NCBI GenBank assembly: GCA_965263275.1
Contig: OZ253668.1
Location: 1,756,857 to 1,820,856, forward strand
DNA length: 64,000 nucleotides
Source: Thermodesulfobacteriota bacterium
Lineage (GTDB): Bacteria > Desulfobacterota_D > UBA1144 > Nemesobacterales > Nemesobacteraceae
Direction: 5' to 3'
Position 1 is the first letter of the stretch. Each line of letters starts with the position of its first letter. Made by a program: the position numbers and the translations under genes. This document shows, one piece after another, positions 27,440-36,776 of this stretch. The notes under the pieces are model-generated. The model did not search any database. It saw only the letters and a list, made by a program, of their open reading frames with translations, and was not told the DNA's origin.

Positions 27440-30376
27440 TCAGGAAAGGTCTTTTCTTATGGCCAGGGTTTTTTTCGACGTCATTCCTTTTTCGTCTTTG
27501 GCCACTATGGTGAAAAGATTCATTCCTTCCTCAAGAGCTAAGGGGAAAAGCAGGGGAACATTGTCTCTCCCCGGTGTAAAAAGCTTTATCTTGTCGTTTT
27601 TTTTCCACACCGACACGCTCTCTATGCGGTCGGTGTCCTTAACCGATCCCTCTACTGTTATCTTGGAAGCTTCTGTGGACATCGGAAAATCCGAAATCAG
27701 GATCAAAGGAGGTTTTTCGAATGTTTCTTCAAGAAGTGAGATCTCCTGTGCGGTGCTGTCTGTTCCGTTTTTTTCCGACGCTCCGGACGAATTGTCGTAG
27801 TCGGCACGATTAACCCTGACGGTTTCCCCCTCAATCCAGCCCGCCACTGAGTTTTTTCCCTCAACACGGATCCATTGCCCAGATGTGCCGAGAACTTTTA
27901 CCATGGAATTTTTCTTTGCAAGAGCCGTTACGGAGGCTCCGGGGAAAGTTCCACCAAGTATGGAGCTTGTGTCTTTGAACACAGCGGTTTTCTTTGCCGA
28001 AGCCGGAGAAAACGGTCTTTCCTGCGCAAAGACCGGCAGGGTTATTTTCTGTGCTTTTACTTCCCGGAAGTCTTCATCCATTACAAAAAGCTCAAATTTC
28101 GTTTCACCGCCTTCGCCATTTTGCCTGAAACGAAACGGTGCGTAGCGGATTTCCCCCGGACGAAAATTTTCAATCTCAACTCTTCCTTTTTCAAGAAACA
28201 CGTTGTCGCCCGAAAGATTCTTTAGAGTCGCGACCGTCTTTTCCGATACTCCATCCCCGATGTTTTTCAGTTTTACGTTGAGTACTACCGTTTCTTCGAG
28301 CTCCGCGCGACCGTTTCCGTTACCTCTGCTCTCAAATTTTCCGTTGTCCACTATTTCGTGGTTATGGGAGTAGACGGGGTGCTTGTCCGCCACGGTTTTT
28401 ACGAGCAGATTTTTCTCCGTAAAGGTTTTGTTCCCCGAACTTGTGAAAGCAAGTTTGAGATTATCCTCTCTGGTAGTCATCCACCTGGGTACGGAAAATT
28501 TGACTTTCGAGGTCTTGCTCTGACCGGGGAGTAGTTTTCCGAACAGAAGTTCTCCATCACTGTAAACGCGGTTTTCACAGTCAGTAACGGCACTGAGCCT
28601 GTATATCGGGTCGGGGCCGGAGTTTGTCACCTTTATCTCGAGAGAACTTTCTTCACCGGCCCGGAAAACGGTCTTCGATGGAACCGTTTCAACCGATACG
28701 GCGGGTTTTTTCGTTTCACCGGCTGACCAGTCGATTCCAGTATCTTCGATCTGGGTTCTGATTTCTTCAAGCTGGGCGTTGGAGAAATCGGCGGCTGTGG
28801 CATGTATCTGTTCCGGGGTCTTTGCTAGAAGAAGTCTGCTTGAGAGTTTCACGTAAAAATCATTTCCCAGCTTTTCAAGTTTCTGCGCTTTTGTAAGCGA
28901 TTCATCCGGCTGGGTTTCATCATCGTCTTCTTCCTGCGGCGCCAAGCTTTTGTCAATATACTTGATCGTGAGTTCAGGGGTTGCCAGTTGTCCTTCCTCT
29001 GAGTTCTCTCTTTTCTCGGGCAGAGGGTTATAGACGACTTTCTCTCCGGTTATCACGGATCCCTGAAGAAGAATGTCAGGAGTTATGCCGCTGTCCTGTA
29101 TGGATATATCGCCCGGGGTCAGATATTTCGCTATGGTGAGTTTCAATGCCGCGCCGTCTTCAAACTCAAAGACCTTCTGGACCGATCCCTTGCCGAAGGA
29201 TCTTTTTCCTATCACAAGTGCTCTTTTGTTGTTTTTCAGCGCTCCTGCCACTATTTCTGACGCACTCGCGCTTCCCTGATTCGCAAGCACTATTACTTTT
29301 CCTCTGTACTCAGGCTGTTTTGCCGTCGCCCTGTAGGTTTTCGAATAGTCTCTTGCTTTTGTCGTCATTATCGTTCCCGAGGAAAGGAAGAGATCGGCTA
29401 CTTTCTCCGCTTCTGAGAGAAGACCCCCAGGGTTTCCTCTGAGATCAAGGATTATTCCTTTGGTTGCATAAGAGCGGCTTCTTATCTCTTTTTTTAGGTC
29501 GGAGGATGTGTTTTTCTGGAAATTTCTTATTCTCAGGTAAAGAATGTTGTTTGCAAGATCAAACCCTTCAACACTTTCTATCTTTATGGTATCCCTCACT
29601 ATTGAAAATTTCCGCGGTCTGGCAAAGTTTTTCCTGGATATAAGAAGATTCACTTCAGTTCCTTTCTTCCCCCTGAGTTTCCCAACGGCTTCGAGAAGCG
29701 GCATGCTTATGGTCGACTCGTTTTCTATCTGCACGATCCGGTCTTTGGTTTTTATCCCTGATCTGTAAGCGGGAGTACCCTCTATGGGGGAGATTACAGT
29801 CAACTGACCGTCTCTTATGCCGACCACTATCCCAAGCCCGCCGAAACTTCCCTCGGTGTCTATGAGAAACTCCTTGTAGACATCCGGTGGAATCATCGCG
29901 GAGTGGGGGTCGAGGACCTTCAGCATGCTGTCCGATATGGAATATTCTATGTTCTTGACAGCACGCTCTTCGGCCCCTGTGTTAGAAAGGACAAAAGACA
30001 CAACCTGGCCCAGAGTGCTTGCAACGTCGTTTGAGGACGGCAACTCTTTTTCTTTGAATCTCTTTGTTTTTTCCTTTACCTGAACGGTGAAGCTTCCGCC
30101 CCGGTCTTGTGGAAATTCCACCAGCACGTCGTCAAGAAAGGTTTCAAGGCTGGAGACCCCTTTTTCAAGCATTTCCGCATAATCGATCTTGCTTTTGTCC
30201 AGATAAAATTTGTTTACGTGCTTAAGGGCCTCTTCGGCAATTTTCATGCTCTGATTGTTGTATTTGCGATCAAGACTGACCGGCTCGGCGACAAGAAAAA
30301 AAGAAAGGGCAATAACAACTCCCAAGGCAAGGGCTAAGTATCTGTTTCTGAGAAAACTTGGAATTTTTTCAGACAA
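27440..30376 (-). CDS. Large S41-family C-terminal processing peptidase (PDZ + S41 core) with long C-terminal extension containing an SH3b-like segment
   Basis: PDZ region GGLGIVVGIRDGQLTVISPIEGTPAYRSGIKTKDRIV. S41 catalytic region GIILDLRGNPGGLLSEA…RALVIGKRSFGKGSVQ (Ser/Lys dyad). Near the C-terminus, …VLGTSGQWIRVEGKNSVAGWIEGETVRV is SH3b-like. Confidence 0.8.
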   Translation of the reverse strand: MSEKIPSFLRNRYLALALGVVIALSFFLVAEPVSLDRKYNNQSMKIAEEALKHVNKFYLDKSKIDYAEMLEKGVSSLETFLDDVLVEFPQDRGGSFTVQVKEKTKRFKEKELPSSNDVASTLGQVVSFVLSNTGAEERAVKNIEYSISDSMLKVLDPHSAMIPPDVYKEFLIDTEGSFGGLGIVVGIRDGQLTVISPIEGTPAYRSGIKTKDRIVQIENESTISMPLLEAVGKLRGKKGTEVNLLISRKNFARPRKFSIVRDTIKIESVEGFDLANNILYLRIRNFQKNTSSDLKKEIRSRSYATKGIILDLRGNPGGLLSEAEKVADLFLSSGTIMTTKARDYSKTYRATAKQPEYRGKVIVLANQGSASASEIVAGALKNNKRALVIGKRSFGKGSVQKVFEFEDGAALKLTIAKYLTPGDISIQDSGITPDILLQGSVITGEKVVYNPLPEKRENSEEGQLATPELTIKYIDKSLAPQEEDDDETQPDESLTKAQKLEKLGNDFYVKLSSRLLLAKTPEQIHATAADFSNAQLEEIRTQIEDTGIDWSAGETKKPAVSVETVPSKTVFRAGEESSLEIKVTNSGPDPIYRLSAVTDCENRVYSDGELLFGKLLPGQSKTSKVKFSVPRWMTTREDNLKLAFTSSGNKTFTEKNLLVKTVADKHPVYSHNHEIVDNGKFESRGNGNGRAELEETVVLNVKLKNIGDGVSEKTVATLKNLSGDNVFLEKGRVEIENFRPGEIRYAPFRFRQNGEGGETKFELFVMDEDFREVKAQKITLPVFAQERPFSPASAKKTAVFKDTSSILGGTFPGASVTALAKKNSMVKVLGTSGQWIRVEGKNSVAGWIEGETVRVNRADYDNSSGASEKNGTDSTAQEISLLEETFEKPPLILISDFPMSTEASKITVEGSVKDTDRIESVSVWKKNDKIKLFTPGRDNVPLLFPLALEEGMNLFTIVAKDEKGMTSKKTLAIRKDLS

Positions 30377-30561
30377 ATAAGATCACCGTCCCGGAAACTG
30401 TATTATCAACCATATCGAATATTATATCAAACTGCTTTTTCGCGGGACGGCCGATACAAAGTAAAGAGGGAAACAGGGGCGGTTATCTTGCCTTAGATGC
30501 CGCGAGAATACGCATTAGCTTTGCGTTTAGACGCAAAAAAAGAACTAGAGTTATTTGGAAG

Positions 30562-30617
30562 AAAAACAAAAAACAACGGACAGGGAGAATTCATTATGAT
30601 TCTTCCCTGTCCGTTGT
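30562..30617 (-). terminator. Rho-independent terminator downstream of the amiS/ureI-like gene
   Basis: Perfect 14-bp stem acaacggacaggga / tccctgtccgttgt (30573-30586 / 30604-30617), followed on the minus strand by UUUUUGUUUUU (rc of 30562-30572). Confidence 0.7.
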
Positions 30618-30640
30618 AAGTCAGCTAAGCAACAAAAATC

Positions 30641-31165
30641 TTAGCCTGGTACTCCACCGAGAGGATTCCACTTTTCTGTAAGCAGAAGCATTCCCGGGAT
30701 CAACAGAGTTACTATCGACTCTATTACGAACAGATAGGCTATCGGCTTACTCAGATCCTTGCCCTGCGAGAACGCAAAGAAGCAAAGAAGCACCAGCAAA
30801 GCCCATGCCCAGCAGAAATACGCAAAGTACGCCAGCCCAAGTGCCTGGAAATGAGCTCCGTACCATACAAACACTACCGTTGCGAAAAGACAGAATACTC
30901 CAAGCCCCTTCGCGTCATGTCCGTGTACGAATACCGCATAGACTAGCAGGTATATCAAAGCAAATACCGACACAAGCGCGGTCGCTGCCGTAAGACCAAG
31001 AGTGTGCAGTTTCCAGGCGGCAATCGCTATAAGCACGCCGACACCCAGATTAAGAACACCCACTTCCTTAGCACCGGTTTTACCCAGAAGAGTCATACCG
31101 TTTGCAAAGAACACAAATCCTACAAGTAGCAACACGTAACCTAATAAAGCTTCTATTGGAACCAT
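30641..31165 (-). CDS. AmiS/UreI-family (urea/amide channel) membrane protein
   Basis: 174 aa, 6 TM. N-terminus LLGYVLLLVGFVFFANGMTLLGK…VGVLNLGVG parallels H. pylori UreI MLGLVLLYVGIVLISNGICGLTK…NFFVGG. Confidence 0.6.
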   Translation of the reverse strand: MVPIEALLGYVLLLVGFVFFANGMTLLGKTGAKEVGVLNLGVGVLIAIAAWKLHTLGLTAATALVSVFALIYLLVYAVFVHGHDAKGLGVFCLFATVVFVWYGAHFQALGLAYFAYFCWAWALLVLLCFFAFSQGKDLSKPIAYLFVIESIVTLLIPGMLLLTEKWNPLGGVPG

Positions 31166-31654
31166 AATTAACCATACCTCCTTATGAAATCATAAACGTT
31201 TCTAGCCCACATATCGGGGCTCATTAAGCTTGTATCACAGATGGATCTTCAATGTCAAGCATAATTTTTATTGAGTAGGATCTCGGCATGTGGCATTCAA
31301 CTTATGAAGTAACTAACTTCTTATCATCGTAAGTTAACCCAATTCCTGCCCTTTTCGCCATAGTCTGTGTCCATTGACGTTTGCTGAACTGCCTTTTTGC
31401 CTTAAAACCTAGTTGGTTATCTTATGTCTCTGTGACTTGATTGATCCCTAGGGACAGGCTTTTCCAAGAAACCCATGCCAGCCTTAATCCGGCTTTATAA
31501 GGTTGGTAAAAAGTGGCGATCAGCTAGATCTGAAGAGTGATTCTTTCCTGTTAAATTCTCGGTAAAATTAAATAACGAAGTTCTTAACTTACAGTTTTTT
31601 ATGGTATAATCATCCTGTAAAATTGCTTTTGCATATTTGCATAGGAGAAGCGCT

Positions 31655-32035
31655 ATGGCGAATGAGAAAACGAGTGGTGGGGTAAACCCGAATATCTGGA
31701 TAAGGCCGCCTGAGGAAAGAACCGACAAGGGCGGTATTGTGGGTACGACTCTGAGTTCGCAACCTAAGACGCAACCAAAATACAAGACATTTGAAGTACT
31801 TACGTTACGAATAAGCAATGAAGACTTTGAATTTCTTCACAACCTTGAAAGAGAGATAATGAAGAACCGTTCCAAGGAAAACAAAAAAGAGAGAATAACA
31901 AAGAACAGCATTATGCGAGCGATGCTCAGCTGTCTCAAGAACGTAAATTTCGACAGAAAAAATATTCCAGACGAAAACGAGCTTCGGATCAGGGTAATGA
32001 AAGGACTGAAAGAGCATCCTTCCTGGTTCTTTTAA
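31655..32035 (+). CDS. Small basic hypothetical protein, possible ribbon-helix-helix DNA-binding protein
   Basis: RBS aggagaag lies 5 nt before ATG 31655. The segment …KTFEVLTLRISNEDFEFLHNLEREI…RITKNSIMRAMLSCL has a beta-strand/helix/helix pattern like RHH/ParG proteins. Sits upstream of the ADC-like pair. Confidence 0.4.
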   Translation: MANEKTSGGVNPNIWIRPPEERTDKGGIVGTTLSSQPKTQPKYKTFEVLTLRISNEDFEFLHNLEREIMKNRSKENKKERITKNSIMRAMLSCLKNVNFDRKNIPDENELRIRVMKGLKEHPSWFF

Positions 32036-32142
32036 ACCATTTTTCCAACTGATTCCAGTCGAAAACACCTTGAAAAATCCATGAATTTACGGGTTGTTAC
32101 CGCTAAGAACCCAAAACAATGGTTTAGGTAGCAAGAAAGTAC

Positions 32143-32171
32143 TTGACAAAGGGGGTTGTGTTTGGTTTAAT
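32143..32171 (+). promoter_or_regulatory. Sigma70-like promoter for the ADC-like tandem genes
   Basis: TTGACA (32143-32148), a 17-nt spacer, then TTTAAT (32166-32171). AAGGAGG RBS before ATG 32309. Confidence 0.45.
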
Positions 32172-32308
32172 GAGAATCGGGTGAGGTTGCGTCTATTCGC
32201 ATCCAGCAAGGCTGTAAACACTTTATCAACAAGGGGCTATGGGGAGTGTGAGGTATGGAGAGTGTTTAGGAGTTTTGGCCCTAAATCTATAGTAAGGAGG
32301 CTTTAAAT

Positions 32309-33289
32309 ATGAGCCATAGTCATTTAAACGTCCCAACGAAGTACTGGGAGTTGACGAAAGAGGTACCGCCCCCTCCGATAGAGCGGGATATCAAGTCATG
32401 GATCATAGCGAATCCGTCGGATCCGCTTTGGGACATAGACGTGCTGCCGCTGACTTATACGGACAGCAGGTGGTCAGCGTTCATAGTAAGATGTGATGAG
32501 GCGACGAGGACACGTCTGTGCCCGACTCCCCCGTTACAGGTGTGGGACGGAGAGAATGCAGATCTGGTAGAGTTTTGGTATGTTGAGCATGTGAACACGA
32601 TGTTAGGTCCATATCTTGAGTTTGGCGTAACGATCTCGGCGACGTACAGTGACCCAGAGGGCAATGTATGGAAAGCGGGATACTATCCGTATATGTATTT
32701 GACGGGAGACGCGCCGGTGGACGCGGGTCGTGTGCTTGGATTTCCAAAGAAGATGTCGTACATCAGATGTACGGTACACGGTGGAGAGAAAGGCACTGAC
32801 TTTTTTGGGTATGCGATGAGTCGTAACGGTTATCTGATGCATAGCGCAACAGGGCAGTTTGACGACAAGCAGGTAACACCTCCGTATTTCTATGGTAAGA
32901 CAGACTGGGGCAAGTTCAACATGAAGGTAATAACGCGGCCGGACGTATCGAGTTCGGAGTGGCAGTTAACATATCTGCCATCAGCGTTGCCGCCTCCGTT
33001 TGACGCAATGATCCAGGGGCACAGGTTCAAGATCAAGCCTGAGCACACCAGGACAGCAAGTGGAGACGCCATAAACTGGTTTATGCAGGCGACACCGTTT
33101 GACAACATGGGAGCGGAGCTGAAGATCCAGGAGGTAACGGGAATGATATCGTTTGTATTCGATCTCGTAATACCGCCGGCGGTGGTACTCTGGACGGAGA
33201 CGTATGAGAGGCCAGCGAGTTACAGGGGTTATGCCACACCATACAAGTATGGATTGAGGCAGCAGTTCCCGATCAGTCAGGGTTCATAA
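32309..33289 (+). CDS. Acetoacetate decarboxylase (ADC) family protein, paralog 1
   Basis: …YYPYMYLTGDAPVDAGRVLGFPKKMSY… aligns with C. acetobutylicum ADC …YLHMMYLDNEPAIAVGRELSAYPKKLGY…, where K115 is the Schiff-base lysine. Upstream, VEFWYV…GPYLEFGV matches the ADC beta-cone. Confidence 0.75.
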   Translation: MSHSHLNVPTKYWELTKEVPPPPIERDIKSWIIANPSDPLWDIDVLPLTYTDSRWSAFIVRCDEATRTRLCPTPPLQVWDGENADLVEFWYVEHVNTMLGPYLEFGVTISATYSDPEGNVWKAGYYPYMYLTGDAPVDAGRVLGFPKKMSYIRCTVHGGEKGTDFFGYAMSRNGYLMHSATGQFDDKQVTPPYFYGKTDWGKFNMKVITRPDVSSSEWQLTYLPSALPPPFDAMIQGHRFKIKPEHTRTASGDAINWFMQATPFDNMGAELKIQEVTGMISFVFDLVIPPAVVLWTETYERPASYRGYATPYKYGLRQQFPISQGS

Positions 33290-33319
33290 GAAAAGTAAAG
33301 TTAAGGAGGTAAAACCATA

Positions 33320-34291
33320 ATGGGATTACAAGCAAATGAGTACAGTTATCCTTGGTTGGATGAAGGAGAAGTTCCACCATTACCATTGGACAGGGACAGG
33401 ATCCATATCATCAGTCAGGGCGTAGCGGACCCGGTGTTCGACTACGATATCATACCGCTGACGTATACAGACAGCAGGTGGATGGCCTATGTAATAAAGG
33501 CAGACATCAATGCTATGAAAGCGGTGGTACCGGAGCCGATCGAGGTTCAGGATGATGTAATAGAGTTTTGGTACGTAATACACAAGAACACGATGTTAGG
33601 TCCATACATGGAGATGGGCGTAACGTTCTCGGCAACAGTGGATGACGGGAGTGGTCATATATACAGGGCGGGATACTATCCGTACATGTATCTGTCAAAC
33701 GACTCTCCGATATTTGCGGGTAAAGAGCCCTTTGGATTTCCGAAGAAGGCTGCTTACATTGCCGGGTATGAGCATGGTACCAACAACAACTACTTCAATC
33801 ATCTGATGGAGCGCAGAGGTTATATACTGCACACAGCGAACGGGCGTTATTCTGACAGGCCGCTGTCGGCGAGGCCAACATTTTATGGCAAGACCGATTG
33901 GGGACGTATGAACTACAGGATAACAACGAGGCCGGATGTAACGACCAGTATCCACGAAGTAACGTATCTTCCTTCGGATCTTCCTCCGGGATTTGGGACT
34001 GGGCACAGGTTCCAGCTGAATCCTGAGAGTGTAAGGACCGCGGTAACAGAGGATGTACGTTCGTGGTTCCTGTCAGGCACACCGTTTGACTATATGGGCG
34101 GACAGATACCAGCAATGGAGGTAGTAGGGTTGATAAGCTTCACGTTCAACCTGATCATACCGCCGGCGGCGACGATCTGGACAAGGACGGTAGAGAGGAC
34201 GACTGAAGACTTTGGTCATGTGGTCTACTCCACGCCGTTTGTGTACACGATGCGTCACAGGTTCCTGCTGCCACAGTATAGCCAGGGCTAA
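33320..34291 (+). CDS. Acetoacetate decarboxylase (ADC) family protein, paralog 2
   Basis: AMKAVVPEPIEV vs ADC ALRKVVPEPLEI. YYPYMYLSNDSPIFAGKEPFGFPKKAAY vs ADC YLHMMYLDNEPAIAVGRELSAYPKKLGY. About 45% identical to paralog 1 across the full length. Confidence 0.8.
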   Translation: MGLQANEYSYPWLDEGEVPPLPLDRDRIHIISQGVADPVFDYDIIPLTYTDSRWMAYVIKADINAMKAVVPEPIEVQDDVIEFWYVIHKNTMLGPYMEMGVTFSATVDDGSGHIYRAGYYPYMYLSNDSPIFAGKEPFGFPKKAAYIAGYEHGTNNNYFNHLMERRGYILHTANGRYSDRPLSARPTFYGKTDWGRMNYRITTRPDVTTSIHEVTYLPSDLPPGFGTGHRFQLNPESVRTAVTEDVRSWFLSGTPFDYMGGQIPAMEVVGLISFTFNLIIPPAATIWTRTVERTTEDFGHVVYSTPFVYTMRHRFLLPQYSQG

Positions 34292-34328
34292 TGACAAAAA
34301 GATGAGCTTATCTCAGTAGGAGTAAGCT

Positions 34329-34376
34329 TGTGATAGTTGAAGGGGGGAGGGAAGCCGGAAACGGTTATCCTTCCCC
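34329..34376 (+). terminator. Rho-independent terminator after the ADC-like pair
   Basis: Stem aagggggga (34330-34338) / tccccccctt (34362-34370), followed by TTTTTTT (34369-34375). Confidence 0.65.
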
Positions 34377-34423
34377 CCTTTTTTTGTGCCTGGATTGATT
34401 TTTCCGTAAACTAATACGAAGCG

Positions 34424-35173
34424 ATGCCTTCCAGTACTCTCATAGTGTACGAACCTTTGGATTCTTTCAGAGAGAAATCTGAATACTGGAGCAAATATCT
34501 TAAGTTTTATGAGCTTTACTGGGGTGGTCCCACTTCTCCTTTCGGAATATGGTTCGGCAATGATTACAGTGCGTTTCGCCAGGCGTTATCCGACCATCTT
34601 AACCTGCCCCATGAAGACCTGCCCGACTGTCTTTTCATGAGGGATGAAAGTGGCAACTATTTCGTTGCGCCGACTTCGGATTCCCTCAACTGCTTTTCAT
34701 CCGAAAACGTTATTCCGCTTGAGTGGTTCCTCCTTTTTTCCGAGGAGGGAAGGAAGAATTTCTATACGCACTGGGGCTTTAACTCGATCCATTACAATTC
34801 GACACTTGAGCAATCGAAAAAAAGACTGACTTCCTCGCGGGAAAGAATCGGGGAGACGATGTCTGGAGAATCCGTAAACCCTCTTAAAATTTTTCTCCGC
34901 AATCTTGACCGGAGTCTCGAAGACCTTAAAAAATGGCTTGTGCAGTTTGACACACAAAGCCATCTGGTGCTTAACTACGGCGACATCTGCAATTACATAC
35001 ATCCCTACACCCTGAAAAATGAAAACAGCGTAACGGAAGTCGTAAGAATTCTGGAATTTATCTCCTTGTCGGACTTTGCTGAAGCGGAGCTTGCGCTTAA
35101 GGTGTTTTTTCAGAAATGGGAGGATATAGCAACAAAGTGCGCCGGTGGCACCGAAGATTCCCAAATCCAGTAA
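34424..35173 (+). CDS. Hypothetical 249-aa protein
   Basis: Long ORF with coding-like composition and no recognisable motifs. Its stop overlaps the nth start region. Confidence 0.4.
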   Translation: MPSSTLIVYEPLDSFREKSEYWSKYLKFYELYWGGPTSPFGIWFGNDYSAFRQALSDHLNLPHEDLPDCLFMRDESGNYFVAPTSDSLNCFSSENVIPLEWFLLFSEEGRKNFYTHWGFNSIHYNSTLEQSKKRLTSSRERIGETMSGESVNPLKIFLRNLDRSLEDLKKWLVQFDTQSHLVLNYGDICNYIHPYTLKNENSVTEVVRILEFISLSDFAEAELALKVFFQKWEDIATKCAGGTEDSQIQ

Positions 35174-35192
35174 GGGTCCGCCCCCGAGTGAT

Positions 35193-35861
35193 ATGACCGC
35201 CAAACTTGAGAGAAAAAACATCGGAAGGATTCTGGGAATACTGAGAAGAGAAGCCGCCGGATGGAACGTTCCGGTGGTTACGCTTACAGCAGTTTCCTCA
35301 AAAAGTCCTTTCAGGGTTCTTATTTCCACGGTGCTCAGCCTGAGAACCAAGGATGAGACCACAGCCGGGGCTTCAGCGAGACTTTTCAGCGAGGCTTCCA
35401 CCCCGCGCGCCGTGCTGGAACTGGGAGAAAAAAAGGTAAGGGAACTTATATATCCCGTCGGTTTTTACAGGGTAAAGGCGCAGAACATCATTGGGATATG
35501 TGAGAAACTGATAGACGAACATGACGGCCGGGTTCCGGACAGTATCGACGAGCTTTTAAAATTCCGCGGTGTCGGGAGAAAAACGGCTAACCTGGTTCTT
35601 TCTCTTGGATACGGAAAACCCGCCATCTGCGTTGATATTCACGTGCACAGGATCTCGAACAGGTGGGGCTACGTGGATACCAGAAACCCTTATGAAACCG
35701 AGATGGCTCTTCGGGAAAAACTGCCGCGCAGATACTGGATAGAGTATAACTCTCTTCTGGTGGCTCTGGGGCAGCAGATATGCAGACCACTCTCTCCTAT
35801 TTGCAGCCGTTGTCCCGTAAGTGGTTATTGCCCGAGGACGGGAGTTTCGAGAAGCAGATAG
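35193..35861 (+). CDS. nth: Endonuclease III (DNA-(apurinic or apyrimidinic site) lyase)
   Basis: …FRVLISTVLSLRTKDETT… HhH motif LKFRGVGRKTANLVL, catalytic Lys/Asp region, and C-terminal 4Fe-4S ligands CRPLSPICSRCPVSGYC. Confidence 0.88.
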   Translation: MTAKLERKNIGRILGILRREAAGWNVPVVTLTAVSSKSPFRVLISTVLSLRTKDETTAGASARLFSEASTPRAVLELGEKKVRELIYPVGFYRVKAQNIIGICEKLIDEHDGRVPDSIDELLKFRGVGRKTANLVLSLGYGKPAICVDIHVHRISNRWGYVDTRNPYETEMALREKLPRRYWIEYNSLLVALGQQICRPLSPICSRCPVSGYCPRTGVSRSR

Positions 35862-35935
35862 AGCCCCTCGCCGGGTTTGACTCTGCCCGCATTGTAACTA
35901 TAATTCATTGCCAAACCTTTTTCCGGAAAACCCCA

Positions 35936-36445
35936 TTGTCTCATACTGTCCTTTTTTATATTTTTTCTACGCTTGCCGTCCTAGGGGCCATTATGGTCGT
36001 CAGCCATAAAAACCCTGTCTCAAGCGCTATTTCGCTTGTTCTTACCCTTTTTTCAACCGCTGTGCTTTTCGTTCTTCTCCACGCCCATTTCATTGCGGCG
36101 ATACAGATACTGATTTACGCTGGAGCGATAATGGTGCTGTTTCTCTTTACCGTCATGTTTCTCAATATAAGGGATAGCGATCTGCGGTTTGACAGTATGA
36201 ACATACCGAAGAGGATGACGTTTCTTTTCCTTTTTCTTGTCGTTGTCGGATTTTTTGCCTCGAAGCTTTTTTCATCTTCTCCGGTAGTTTTTTCGGAACT
36301 CAGAGACCCTGAGAATTTTGGTACAGTGGCCGAGGTGGGGAGGTCTCTCTTCAGTGACTACCTGCTCGCGTTTGAACTTACCTCGGTTCTTGTCGTTATA
36401 GCAATGGTGGGTGTTCTGGTCATAGCGAAGGGGAAGGAGTCATAA
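35936..36445 (+). CDS. nuoJ: NADH-quinone oxidoreductase subunit J
   Basis: …FYIFSTLAVLGAIMVVSHKNPVSSAISLVLTLFSTAVLFVLLHAHFIAAIQILIYAGAIMVLFLF is canonical NuoJ/ND6. Start taken as TTG 35936; the track start (35780) overlaps nth. Confidence 0.85.
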   Translation: MSHTVLFYIFSTLAVLGAIMVVSHKNPVSSAISLVLTLFSTAVLFVLLHAHFIAAIQILIYAGAIMVLFLFTVMFLNIRDSDLRFDSMNIPKRMTFLFLFLVVVGFFASKLFSSSPVVFSELRDPENFGTVAEVGRSLFSDYLLAFELTSVLVVIAMVGVLVIAKGKES

Positions 36446-36446
36446 G

Positions 36447-36752
36447 ATGGAAATCACGGTCACTCACTACGTAGTCCTGGCTTCCGTTCTCTTCGCTACA
36501 GGGGTTTACGGGGTAATTACCAGAAAAAACATACTTGTAGTTCTTATGTGCCTTGAGCTGATGCTTAACTCCTGCAATCTGCTTTTCGTCGTTTTCTCAA
36601 GGCTGCATGAAGGCGCCACGGGACACGTGTTCGTTTTGATGTCGGTGACGGTGGCGGCGGCTGAGGTCGCGGTCGGCCTCGCGTTTGTCGTCTCGATATA
36701 CAGGCAGAAAGAGAGTCTTGATATTGATCTGCTGAAACTGCTTAGGGGTTAA
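36447..36752 (+). CDS. nuoK: NADH-quinone oxidoreductase subunit K
   Basis: 101 aa, 3 TM, …GVYGVITRKNILVVLMCLELMLNSCNLLFVVFS (NuoK/ND4L). Confidence 0.9.
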   Translation: MEITVTHYVVLASVLFATGVYGVITRKNILVVLMCLELMLNSCNLLFVVFSRLHEGATGHVFVLMSVTVAAAEVAVGLAFVVSIYRQKESLDIDLLKLLRG

Positions 36753-36776
36753 TTTATTTTTCGGAGGTTTTCCTGA

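Noticed and set aside
31222-34336. Short shared 9-mers (taagcttgt…) near both edges of the ADC islet as possible att-like direct repeats
   Set aside because: Only 7-9 bp match, in imperfect and partly inverted orientation. That is indistinguishable from chance at this length.
34697-35401. 234-aa minus-strand ORF
   Set aside because: It overlaps the 249-aa plus-strand ORF and the well-supported nth gene. It has no motifs, so it is most likely an antisense shadow frame.
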